A stretch of DNA of 64,000 bases from Octopus sinensis (lineage: Eukaryota): positions 20,955,360 through 21,019,359 of the forward strand of contig NC_043019.1 of NCBI RefSeq assembly GCF_006345805.1, given 5' to 3'. This document shows, piece by piece, positions 35,770-48,300 of this stretch (within the stretch, counting starts at the first letter, position 1; each line of letters starts with the position of its first letter). The notes beneath the pieces are model-generated. The model was not told the origin of the DNA. It saw nothing but the letters and a program-made list of their open reading frames with translations, and searched no databases. The translations under genes were made by a program, and so were the position numbers.

Positions 35770-35799
35770 TAGCTCAGTTGGTAGAGCGGAGGACTGTAG
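35770..35799 (+). pseudogene. tRNA-Tyr(GTA) 5'-half fragment (tRNA positions 8-37)
   Basis: TAGCTCAGTTGGTAGAGCGGAGGACTGTAG matches the metazoan tRNA-Tyr 5' exon as I recall it; no acceptor stem and no 3' half nearby. Confidence 0.8.
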
Positions 35800-35801
35800 T
35801 A

Positions 35802-35858
<57 letters not shown>

Positions 35859-36007
35859 AAGACAAGCAAGTTAGGCAAGTTGAAATACAAAATATATTAA
35901 ATGCATTTAATACAAAAAATGTACATATGTATACATATTAAAAAAATCCAGCTTACACAGAATAGAAATGATATAAGAAATTAAGAGGGTTGTGTAAGAG
36001 TTTTATG

Positions 36008-36100
36008 ATACCAACAGCTGTTTCTGGGGGCTTGGTGGTCCAAAATAACGATTGCAACTTAATTCCATCATTGGTACACCAGCATCTGTCTTCAGGGAAG
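36008..36100 (-). ncRNA. Degenerate hammerhead-like motif (Penelope-associated)
   Basis: Minus strand CTGAAGA (36095-36089) ... GAA-ACAGCTGT-T (palindrome 36014-36021); stem I and the base of stem II pair poorly. Confidence 0.4.
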
Positions 36101-36299
36101 AATTCTACATTTGAAGTGTTGCCAGAATGGAGTTTAAAGATGGAATGATTTTGTGAGGAACTAAGTGTATTAGAAATACTAGCTGCATCACCACCTCCTA
36201 ATCCAATTCAAAAATAGATTACACTTCAGGTTCTTCCCCACTATCAATGAACCAACCAAACTCAACCTCATTAGCATTAAACCCTAACCACAGAGCAGG

Positions 36300-36549
36300 T
36301 AGAGAAACTTGCAACTGTTGTATATTTCAGTTATACCCTCTTGGAAGCTCCTGTCTATGCAAAAATGTACTCTACAAGTGTCATGTTATAACACCACGCT
36401 TCCACCAAGCAAGGGTATATATCAGCAGCACCATAGATTTCAAGCACCACTACTGTGCATGCATGAATTCTTTCACCAATCCAAATTCTAAATTATCAAC
36501 CTCCTTAGCAACGTATATACACAACCTCAAATCTCAAAATATTATTTAA
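36300..36549 (+). mobile_element. Penelope-like GIY-YIG endonuclease remnant
   Basis: TCNC..YPLGSSCLCKNVLYKCHV..RVYISSTIDFKHHY..NSF..KLSTSLATYIHNLK. Confidence 0.85.
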
Positions 36550-37269
36550 TACTTTTTATTTATATCATAAACTGACAGTTGCTTTCTCAGATGCAGCATG
36601 AAGTTTTGTCAGTGAAGAGGTCACAGTTTCAAAGCGATGAAAATATTTTGACACAAATTAAATTTAAATGTTGAAGTGAAACTAACGTTTTTTGTGTGTT
36701 CTTAAATGGCTTACAAACAACTTCTATGCTGCAATTATTCTCAGATCAAATCACTTGCTATGCAAGAGAAGACAAAATTATCTGGAATTTATTTGACATG
36801 TCTTGCGCAGTTTTTAATTATCTAACCCATTTCTTGCATAGTGTCTACACAGATAAAATGTTATGATGAGGAGTGTTTATTTACTTTTGAGGTGTGTCTA
36901 TGTACGTGTGTGTGTGTGTGTGTAAGCGCATGTGTTTGTATATACATACATGTGTATATATCATTTAATAGACAGAATACATTTTTTTATATGCTACTAA
37001 TAGTTTCTTATGCTGAGAACATGCCAAATAATGAATTATAACATGTGTAACATCTTTACAGTCATCAGGCACAAACCATATAGCATAACAAACTAAAAAT
37101 TGGATGAGGGAAGAAATATGAAAAGTGGAGAAGGAAGTATATAGATAACATGGAAGGTTAAAAACGGAAAACAGAAAGTAATAAGAAATGAATAAGTAAA
37201 AAGGTAAAAGAGTTATCTTCCTTAGGCCTTAAATTATAAGGCTGGAAAAAATATATATAAATATTTTTT

Positions 37270-37805
37270 TTTACTTGTTTCAGTCATTGGACAACAGCCA
37301 TGCTGGGGTACTCGAGCAAATCAATCCAGGACTTATTTTTTAAAGTGATCGTTGCCAGTGCCACCTCCCGTGCTGGTGGCACGTAAAAAGCACCATTCGA
37401 GCATAGTCATTGCCAGTGACCCTGACTGGCTATGGTGCCGGTGGCACATAAAAAGCATCATTCAAGTGTGGCCAATGTCAGTACAGCCTGACTGGCCCTT
37501 GTGCCAGTGGCACATAAAGAACACACTCTATTCTCTTGGAGTGGCTGGCGTTAGGAAGGGCATCAAGCTGTAGAGGCATTGCCAGATTGGCTTGGAGCCT
37601 GGTGCAGTCTTCTGGCTCATCAGCCCTCAGTCAAAACATGTAACCCAAGCCAGCATGGAAAACGGACATTAAACAATGATGATGATGGTATTTATTCTAT
37701 TGGTCTCTTATGCAAAACCACTAAGTTTCAGGGACATAAATAAACCAACACTAGTTATCAAATGGTGGTGGGGACAAACACACACACACACACACACACT
37801 ATGTA

Positions 37806-37844
<39 letters not shown>

Positions 37845-38010
37845 TATACACACATGATGGGCTTTTTCCATTTCTCTCTACCATATCTACTCAAGAGGCT
37901 TTGGTCAGCTCAAGGCTATAGTAAAAACATTTGCCCAAGGTGCCACACACTGGAACTGAACCCAGAACCATGTAGTTGCAAAGCAAACTTCTTACCACAC
38001 TGCTATGCCT
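37270..38010. mobile_element. Old SINE A (minus) interrupted by a SINE D (plus, about 37340-37684)
   Basis: Family A tail and head flank a family D body. Confidence 0.7.
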
Positions 38011-38495
38011 GTGCTGTGTGTATGACATGCTTGTGTGTGTTATAGTACTTGTATCTAGGACATGTTATATCAACATGACATGGGGGTAGCTAAACAGTTC
38101 AAAGACCTTAGTCAGTTTGCATGCAACTTATTTATAACAAAAACCACCATTGAGTTTTAAATTTCTTCTCACATATAAATAAAGCCAGAAAATATCTGCA
38201 ATAAAATAAATATGTGATATCTGCTTGATTCCAAAGCACAATAGTAATTGTTTCAATAATTTGGCAGCGTTCAAACTAAATTTTCTAAACATATTCTTAG
38301 TTATTTTTAAAAAAGAGAAGTGCCAAAAGCAAATTACATTGCTACAGACAAATTACAAGCATAAGAATAGGTGTGGGTGTGTTATTAAGAAGCTTGCTTC
38401 CCAACTACATGGTCTGGGGTTCAATCCCACAGTGCAGCACCTTGAGCATATATCTTTTATTATAGCTCTGGGCTGACCGAAGGCCTAAGAGTGAA

Positions 38496-38862
38496 TTTCT
38501 TCTTTCTTCTTTATACCTTAAACCCTCCAACGCGGAGTGTAGGCCACTTATAATTGAATTCCATATCACATAATTTTTCGCTTCTGTACTTATACTCTGC
38601 CATGAATGTCCCACTTTCTCTAGTTCCTTTTGTGTTGATCTCCGCCGCAAGTTCTTAGACCTACCTCTCTTTCTATATCCATCTGGTCTCCACTGTAAAG
38701 CACTTTTCGCTACATTTAGTGTGTCTTTTCTAATTGTGCTGCCAATCCACTTCCACTTTTTCTTAAATATTTGCTCCCTAATCGAAACTTGATTTGTTCT
38801 TTGCCATAGCTCCACTTTGCTTACGTTTTCAGGCCAAGTAATTTTAAGTATACTATGCAAGC
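38496..38862 (-). mobile_element. RTE-clade LINE 3' end, inserted into a SINE A head
   Basis: CLHSILKITWPENVSKVELWQRTNQ..KWKWIGSTIRK..AKSALQWRPDGYRKRGRSKN..W; (GAA)-rich tail. Confidence 0.9.
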
Positions 38863-39593
38863 AAGGAATTGAACTCATGACCTTGCAATCACCAGCCCAA
38901 CAGCCTCTTCACTAAGCCATATACCTCCACATAAAGTAGATAAGCATTTACTAAAAAAAGGAGCTTCTGCTGTGCATTGGCTTGAAAGCGGCTGATCATA
39001 AGCCAGCTTCATCAGAGCTGACCAGGGGCTAAACAACAACACCAATCCCCCTATCAACCTTAGATTGGTTAACAAAACCCTCTTGTTGTTTATACTATTA
39101 GAATAGGCATATATATGTTACCAAGAGGTCACAACGAACTATAAGCACAGCCATCTTGGGTCAGAGGATCTTATCTAAACATACACACACACACACACAC
39201 ACAAAGAATACTTGTAGATTTGTTTCTTCCGTTCTTTATCATTCTCTATCTTGTTCTTGGTAATGGTTAGTTTAAGTTCCATTTATAACTATGTATATCT
39301 TACCATTCTTTTAAAGAATAAAATCTTTGTTTCTCTGACTAACTCCTACCTCACAGATTCTGATATATTTAACGCCAACAGTGGGGTTTCAGAAGTTTTG
39401 GAATCAGCTAATTGTGAATCTATTTGCAGAGGACAATGGGTTTTCACTCTACTTCTTGTATAAATATTAACACCTACAAGGCCTGCAGGCCTGCAAGAAA
39501 TGACAGCCAAATCTACCTCAAATCATACTTTACAGCAGTGAACCTCAACTGTTTGTCGTTCAGCATGGCCTTTCACCAAATGGTATTTATCAA

Positions 39594-39815
39594 GCTGGCA
39601 GAAACGTTAGTACACCGGGCGAAATGCTTAGCGGTATTTCGTCTGTGTTACGTTGTGAGTTCAAATTCCGCCGAGGTCGACTTTGCCTTTCATCCTTTCG
39701 GGGTCGATTAAATAAGTACCAGTTACGCACTTGGGTCGATATAATCGACTTAATCCGTGTGTCTGTCCTTGTTCGTCCCCTCTGTGTTTAGCCCCTTGTG
39801 GGTAGTAAAGAAATA
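39594..39815 (+). mobile_element. SINE family B, 12-bp TSD
   Basis: GGTATTTATCAA at 39582-39593 and 39816-39827. Confidence 0.9.
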
Positions 39816-40130
39816 GGTATTTATCAATGCCTCCCTGCCTTGCATGTTTCAAGAAGCAAAAAAAAAAAAAAGAGAGAGAGATGGAAAAGATAATTTTAGT
39901 TAAACAAATCTTTATTTTACAGTGACTTTTATTATCTTTATTTTCTTATCCTTCCAAAGGGGGTGAGCTGGCAGAACCGTTAGGGCCTCGGACAAAATGC
40001 CTTGCGGCATTTGTTTTGGCTCTTTACATTCTGAGTTTGAATCTCACTGAGGTCATCTTTGCCTTCCATTCATCCATGGTTGTTAAAATGATCTCCCAGT
40101 CAAGTTCTGAACTCAATGCTATTGACCAAC

Positions 40131-40519
40131 GGACAGAAGCACTCCGTCGGTTACGACGACGAGGGTTCCGGTTGATCCGAATCAACGGAACAGCCTGCTC
40201 GTGAAATTAACGTGTAAGTGGCTGAGCACTCCACAGACACGTGTACCCTTAACGTAGTTCTCGGGGATATTCAGCGTGACACAGAGAGTGACAAGGCCGG
40301 CCCTTTGAAATACAGGTACAACAGAAACAGGAAGTAAGAGTGAGAGAAAGTTGTGGTGAAAGAGTACAGCAGGGATCACCACCATCCCCTGCCGGAGCCT
40401 CGTGGAGCTTTAGGTGTTTTCGCTCAATAAACACTCACAACGCCCGGTCTGGGAATCGAAACCGCGATCCTATGACTGCGAGTCCACTGCCCTAACCACT
40501 GGGCCATTGCGCCTCCACT
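40131..40519 (-). mobile_element. SINE family C, full length, 11-bp TSD
   Basis: TATTGACCAAC at 40120-40130 and 40520-40530; nearly identical to 26065-26452. Confidence 0.95.
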
Positions 40520-40986
40520 TATTGACCAACAACTTCCCCACCAAGATTGTTTGCCTTCATGCCTCAGTCAGGAAATTACACAATCTCATCCAGTATGAAT
40601 CTCTTGTCAGACATCTGCATGGATTAGTACTCAAATGGGTGCCTTTCCGTATGACACAGGCACGGATACTTTTACGTGACACCAGCACAAATGACAGGGG
40701 TGATGTGCCTGTTTGTATAGACAGCCACAAGTGTTTTAATTCCTATTTCCTTTTTTGGAGCAATCATGAAAACAAAGCAAAGACAAAACACTGTTTTATT
40801 TTAATATACAATGAACTGAATTACTTTTAGAATTTCTGTAAAGGAGAAACTTCTGTGTGTGTGTGCATGCGTGCACACACATTCATAACATTCATACATA
40901 TATACATACCCACACACATATATAAATGTCTGGACATTCCAGCTTCACGTCAAGTGTAATTAATTCTAAGAAATAACGCAATAATC

Positions 40987-41017
<31 letters not shown>

Positions 41018-41665
41018 TTTCATTATGTTATGATAATAATAATTAAAAGTTTATCATGGTGACAATACAAAAAAGAGATCATGAGAATGTGACAACAAGA
41101 CAGAAATAATTGCGTTGGAAGGTGATTCTGTTTCATAAAATAGATGTTTTATTGTTTGAAATTATTCTATCCATTTCAACAACTAGTGGCTGTGCTTTTT
41201 TTTTTTTTTTTTTGAAAAGAAATAAATTCTGTCCTCTTATAATCTTACTATGAATATATACAACATCATCATCATCATCATCATTAAAACAATGATAATA
41301 ATGGTGTCAGTGAGGAAACTTTTACATTGATGCTATGTCTGCTAGAAATAGCAACCTAATATCTCTCTCTCTCTCTCTCTCTCTCTCTTACCCTTTCTCT
41401 TTCTCTTTCATATTATACTCTTCTGACTTAATTTTGGAGCAACACTTCTATTAAGATTCAAAACCACCTCACTAAGAATCCTAGCTTTGAACTTCAGATA
41501 CCATATTTCCCAGCATACAAATTGAATTTTGCTGACCAAAATTTACAGCCAAAATTGGTAGGTTGACTTATACACCAAGTTGACTTTAGAGGTTCAAACA
41601 TTCCATGTGAAAATGCAACAGGATTTGCAAAATAGTGACAATGTTTGAATGTTTATACTATATGC

Positions 41666-41866
41666 CAGTGGTTTTCAACCAGGGTTCTGCCAGTACAGTC
41701 CAGGGGTTCCGCAAGAAGTTACAAAACTGCTAAAATCGGCAGTAATTTTTAATTCTCCTGTGCAAATATGTGTGCATAAGACTATTAAATTATTGCACAG
41801 GGGTTCCCCGAGCCAGTGGAATGCTTCCTTGGGGTTCCGCTCCAGCAAAAAGTTTGAAAAGCACTG
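41666..41866. mobile_element. hAT MITE (201 bp)
   Basis: TIRs CAGTGGTTTTCAA / TTGAAAAGCACTG; 8-bp TSD CTATATGC / CTATATAC. Confidence 0.9.
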
Positions 41867-42734
41867 CTATATACTACATCAACTTGTATGTAAGAAAATA
41901 AGTTTAGTATATTTCTAAATAAGGCATAAACACCTATGAAAATATGACTTGGCCAATCAGATTAGCTGATGTGTAAGTACATGAGCTGGAATCCTCCCAC
42001 CAAATAGACTAGTTGAATATTCTTGAAACTTTACTGTGCTATAAAAAGCTGGTGAATTAGAAGTTCACATGGAGCCTTGTTGCTCTGCTCCATGAGATAG
42101 CGTCTCACTCTCTTCTATCTTTCGTTACAGAACAACTTGAGATACTGCTCCCAGCCATGTCAACCAGATTGAAAAGGCTGTTACAATAAAGAACACTGAA
42201 ACCCATCTGAGATATTTGATTAAAAAAAATATTCAATTGTTATTGGTATTTACAACAACGAAACACCAAGATAGCTCAAAGGTAATTGTTCTTGGACTGA
42301 AGTGACAGTTGTCCCCGTCAAAACAGTAGCCAAAACGTTAGCTGGTCATTGTTTGTTGCTGTTGACATCCATCTATTGTCTGCATCAGCTGCAGTCCAGT
42401 CTGAAGTCTCTTGTCCATTGTTTGTTGCTTTTTGGTAGTGGCTAAGATGCACTGGATATACAATGGTGGTTTGGCTCAGAAAGAAATGCACCAAAGATAA
42501 AATTGTTGTTGGAGCCAGTTTCACACCAAAAGTCTTGATTGGTCAGATCTTTTTGATGACATTGGTAATATTCTGATGAACCCTGACTGTATTCTTGAGG
42601 GTTTTTTTTACATTGGTTATAGTGTTCCAAGTTTGATAGCTTAATATTCCAGTTCTATATTTAAGAGATGAGGAGTTACGTATATTATTTACATTATTTA
42701 CAATTGACGGATATTTGTCCTCATCTTGTTTGTT

Positions 42735-42780
42735 AACACAATGTTTCAGCTGATATATCCTCCAGCCTTCATCAGGTGTC
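42735..42780 (-). ncRNA. Minimal type I hammerhead-like motif (Penelope-type)
   Basis: GACAC-CTGATGA-A-GGCTG(10-nt loop)CAGCT-GAA-ACAT-T-GTGTT: stems I and II pair; the stem III tetramer ACAT is one transition from the ACGT palindrome. Confidence 0.7.
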
Positions 42781-42827
42781 TTGGGGAAATTTCGAACCTG
42801 GGTTCTCATTCCTAAGGTATTTTTCGA

Positions 42828-43643
<816 letters not shown>

Positions 43644-43766
43644 GTGTTCAGGTCACTATCTGGAATCAAATTCAGAATCTTGGGGTTAGTAGCCCGCGCT
43701 CTTAACCACTATGCCCATGGGCATATGGTATAGTGGTTAAGAGTGCGGGCTACTAACCCCAAGATT
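43644..43766 (-). mobile_element. Short tRNA-Ser-like SINE head with a fold-back duplicate
   Basis: Minus strand GGGCATAGTGGTTAAGAGCGCGGGCTACTAACCCCAAGATT...GACCTGAACAC runs into (TAA)n; 43676-43712 pairs with 43730-43766. Confidence 0.7.
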
Positions 43767-44522
43767 ACAATATCATTCTAAAACTATACATTCACATCTT
43801 CAAAATCTCAAGGCTACAAGATAATGCGCAATTAATTAAAAACGATATGAATTAATGAGCATCACATACAACAGAGTAATCTGAATGCTAAAGGGTTAAG
43901 CATTTATTATTCGGTGTCAAAATTATCATTACACCAACTGCTCCCTAGTTGCTGACCTGGTTTCAGTGATCTCAGATCAAGTCAAGTGCTGAGCAAGTAC
44001 ATCTCTGAAATTTAACATTTTATGCTGAAGAAAATTCAGCTACAGCACATAATTACCAAAGCTTGCAAGATCTACCACTGGAATAACTTCTGACAAGAAA
44101 TACGTAACAGAGTCACGTACTCAAGCATCTACTCCACTAACTCTATAGCTATTGTTTTTTCTTTCAAAGATATGTTACCATACATAATATGAAAATGTTC
44201 TTGAGTGTTATTTATTCCCAAATGTAAATCATTTTTCTTCAAATATATTTTTATTGATACTTTTTGTTGCTTGCGTTTTAAAATGATTATTTTTCAAGCA
44301 GAAAACTAGCTGCATTATCTATTTACCCCCACCTCGCCCCGACACTCTGGAAAAAAACATTTGTGGGAACATGTCTGAGATTTATAAAATAGAAGTCAAT
44401 GGGAAAATTAGTCTTAGGGAATTCTTTCATGATATAAAATTATCAGTGATGCAATCTTTTTGGGACTTGAGACATTGCTGAACATACGTATTTATATATA
44501 CATGCAAACATACATACATACA

Positions 44523-44553
<31 letters not shown>

Positions 44554-44837
44554 TTGTGAGTGTGAGTATGTCTGTACACACATACACACATGCAGATGAT
44601 GCAAATAAACAAATAAAACTGCTTGCACTGGATATATAAAAAATATGTATACATATATACATATAAATAGAGAGAAACAAAGAGTGGAAGATATTCAAAC
44701 GACGAACAGTCATGTATAAATACGTAGATATTTATATATTAACAGAAAATTAAGAGGAGAAAGTATGGTATTATAGGTTCAACAGCTGTTTTGGAGGGTT
44801 CTACCATTAAAAATAATATGTATATATTTATATATAT

Positions 44838-45107
44838 ATATTGTTATATTTCGGAATGGTCATATTGCCAGTTTAGCCAATAAAAACACACGCACTATAT
44901 ATTTGGTGTTATTTTGCTTCAGTGTTATTTATTTTTTACATTAATCTTAATCTTATTTCGGCCAGAGTTCTTTCGTCACACTCCTGTGACCGCATCAGTG
45001 GTCCTTTGTTTTCTTCTTTCTTATTTGTGTCTCTCCTTACTAACCGTCAGCCATTTTGTATTTATTGGCTAAACTGGCAATATGACCATTCCGAAATATA
45101 ACAATAT
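44838..45107. repeat. Perfect 47-bp inverted repeat enclosing a hammerhead-like motif
   Basis: Arms 44838-44884 and 45061-45107 are exact reverse complements. Confidence 0.9.
44960..45004 (-). ncRNA. Variant minimal hammerhead-like motif
   Basis: GGACCA-CTGATGC-G-GTCAC(AGGAGT)GTGAC-GAA-AG(AA)CT-C-TGGCC. Confidence 0.55.
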
Positions 45108-45161
45108 CTGTTTCAACACACGACTTCACATAAAAAATCTTGCACAACAAATATTTAAACG

Positions 45162-45193
<32 letters not shown>

Positions 45194-45603
45194 TAGATAA
45201 ACTTAGATATGTTTCGACCAAAGATTGGTCCAGGCCATGTCTAACTTAATAGCACCACCTGATCGGGTTATCTAAATCCTGTTTAAGTCAAGTTTTGTTT
45301 ATGGTCCATTCAAGTAGTGAGTGCTCTCTGGGGTGATTCAATCCTCGAGATGTTTTGGTTTGTGTGGGGAGACCACAAGGAGCAGCAGTATTTGAGGTGT
45401 GGCCGTACAAAGGAGGAGAAAAGTGGAATGATGACACCTTATTCTCTGGACCTGAAGGTTCTTAAGATCTAGGAGCTCATGCTATGAGCTATATCGGCCT
45501 TATTGTTGAAGTGGGCACTCACCTGTTCTTGTCAAACCATCCAGCTCATGCCAGCATAGAAAAAGCAATATTAAATGATGATGACTGTACATACACACAC
45601 ACA

Positions 45604-45675
<72 letters not shown>

Positions 45676-46160
45676 GATGCGTTCCACACAGTTTCTAGCT
45701 ATCAAATTCACGCACAAAGTATTGATCAACCTGAAGCTGTAGTAAAAGACATTTGCCCAAGGTACAGCACAAATGCTTTTCATCATGGATTTGCTCAAAA
45801 GTTAACAACAGCAAAAATAATTCAAGATGTTATCTTCTGGACGAAAGTAAAAAAAAAAAAAAACACAACAAAAACCAGTACAAGTTGTCATCAGGCAATA
45901 TCTATTGACTGTCCAACAAGGGTCAAGTAGTCACAGCCACTTCTGGATGGTCTCTTTACTGCAAGTAGCAGCCCCCAAGGGCATTATTGACATAAAAAGA
46001 ATAATTCACAAACAGTGATATAACTTAGTACTTAGTGTAAAAAAAAAAAAAACCCCAAAAATCTTTAAAAGTACTTAGTTTGAATTAAGTGAGTTATATA
46101 TTACATTATGATCTGTTGGAGGAAATACTAATGTCAGACAACAGAACTGAAATGACCAAG

Positions 46161-46219
<59 letters not shown>

Positions 46220-46591
46220 CACACACACACATACACGCACACACATGCACACACACACATGCACACACACACACACATGCTCACTACAATTGTTTAGAAG
46301 ATGGTCACAAGACATTATTTGTCATCATTGGCTTTAATTAGCCGTTAGTTCCACTATTTTATTAAATACTCTCCTGCTAATTGATTAGTCATTAGGTTTT
46401 TTTGTTGTTAGTGTTTTAGCATTTTGGTGTGGGTTGAACTGGCTTCAAACACATAAACTAGTCACATAAACAATTACATTACTTGTCTGAGAGAAGAAGT
46501 CAAAGGGTTTTTCAGCACAATATTTGCACTATTATATGTGCGTGTGTGTGTGTGTGTGTATGTATGTGTATATATATATATATATATATAT

Positions 46592-47033
46592 CAGTGGCAT
46601 GTAAAAAGCACCATCCGATCGTGGCCGTTTGCCAGCCTTGTCTGGCACCTGTGTCGGTGGCATGTAAAAAGCACCCTCTACACTCACGGAGTGGTTGGCA
46701 TTAGAAACACTGCCAGATCAGACTGGGCCTGGTGCAGCCTACTAGCTGCGGCTCTGAGCTGAAACTAGAGAAAAAAAAAAAATATATATATCATCATCAT
46801 CGTTTAACGTCCGCTTTCCATCCTAGCATGGGTTGGACGGTTCAACTGGGGTCTGGGAAGCCAGTAGGCTGCACCAGGCCCAGTCTGATCTGGCAATGTT
46901 TCTACAGCTGGATGCCCTTCCTTATGCCAACCACTCCATGAGTGTAGTGGGTGCTTTTTATGTGCCACCGGCACAGGTGCCAGATGAGGCTGGCAAACGT
47001 CCACGATCGCATGGTGCTTTTTACGTGCCACCG

Positions 47034-47090
<57 letters not shown>

Positions 47091-47420
47091 CATCATCATC
47101 ATTTAATGTCTGTTTTCCATACTAGCATGGGTTGGACAGTTCGACTGGGGCCTAGGAAGCCAGGAGGTTGCACCAGGTCCCAATCTGATCTGGCAGTGTT
47201 TCTACAGCTGGATGCCCTTCCTAACACCAACCACTCTGAGAGTGTAGTGGGTGCTTTTTACATGCCACCAGCACAGGGACCAGAGGAGCTGGCATCGACC
47301 ACAATCAGATGGTGCTTTTTATGTGTCACTGGCATGGAAGCCAGTCAAGGCGGCACTGGCATCAGCCAGGTTCGAATGGTGCTTTTTATGTGCCACCAGC
47401 ACGAGGGTCACAACTACAAT
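46592..47420. mobile_element. Cluster of three SINE D pieces (about 46592-46760 +, 46791-47035 -, 47085-47420 -)
   Basis: Family D motifs in both orientations separated by (TA)n. Confidence 0.8.
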
Positions 47421-47847
47421 TTCCATTTGATTGTAATTTGATTTGATTTGATTTTGATATTGATGTTTATGTTGATGTTCTTGATTCAATAGGTCTCCTC
47501 AAGCACAGCATGTCACCCTATATATATATATACACACACAAAATATGGGGGTTTAGTTCACAAGTGATCTAAATGGCTAGGTATGCTGGGTAAGAACTGT
47601 AACAGATTACCAGGGCTCCAAGATCATAGCTGAGATGAGAGTTATGGAACCATTGTAGATTTCTGATATAGCAGATATATAATTGTTAAAGAGGACAACA
47701 AATGTTAACACAAGACAAACATCTCAAGTCATATACCTTATTACTATTGGAAAAATTCAGCTTTACAGCTGTTTCTGAGATATCCCAAAGTATGGGATAT
47801 GCCTGCTTTCTATGTGTGTACATATATATATAATAATAATAATGAAA

Positions 47848-48300
47848 TTATTGTATACAGTGCTCAGGTGCACCACAACTTGTCATAAAGCATATGCAGT
47901 AATGTACAAATGTCTGGAAAGCAAACAGTGTATGAGTCAGATACATGCTTGTGTGTGTATGGAGGGGAGAAAATCAGGTGTAGTGTTGGCGAATCTCAGG
48001 AAGCATGGAAGTTTTGAAGGATGCAGTGCTCCAACAACTAACAACTGATGCTTCAGCAACTCTTAGTGTGAAAAAAATGTTTCCGAAAGTCATGGGAGCT
48101 GTGCTGTTTTCTGACTTTGTAAACATGTCCACGGGTGTTAGACAGGTGGAGTTTGAAAAGGTGCTCAGAGTTATTGTTTGTAAGATGGTTAATAATTTTA
48201 TGGGTGTCTACCAAGTCAGCTGCCAGACGTCGGAGTTTCAATGTGTCCATGCCGAGGGGAGTAAGGCGTTCAGAATATGGCAAATGCCTGATGGAGGGTA
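47848..48300 (-). mobile_element. CR1-clade LINE 3' end
   Basis: PYSERLTPLGMDTLKLRRLAADLVDTHKII..SNTRGHVYKVRKQ..RKHFF matches CR1 Y.ERL..L...L..RR...DL...K..TRGH. Confidence 0.92.

Noticed and set aside
42318-42640. Protein-like minus-strand peptides (EHYNQCKKNPQEY.., DFWCETGS..)
   Set aside because: Frames are broken, with no family signature and no splice sites.
45207-45241. GACC/GGTC hairpin + GAAAC on the minus strand
   Set aside because: No CUGANGA core.
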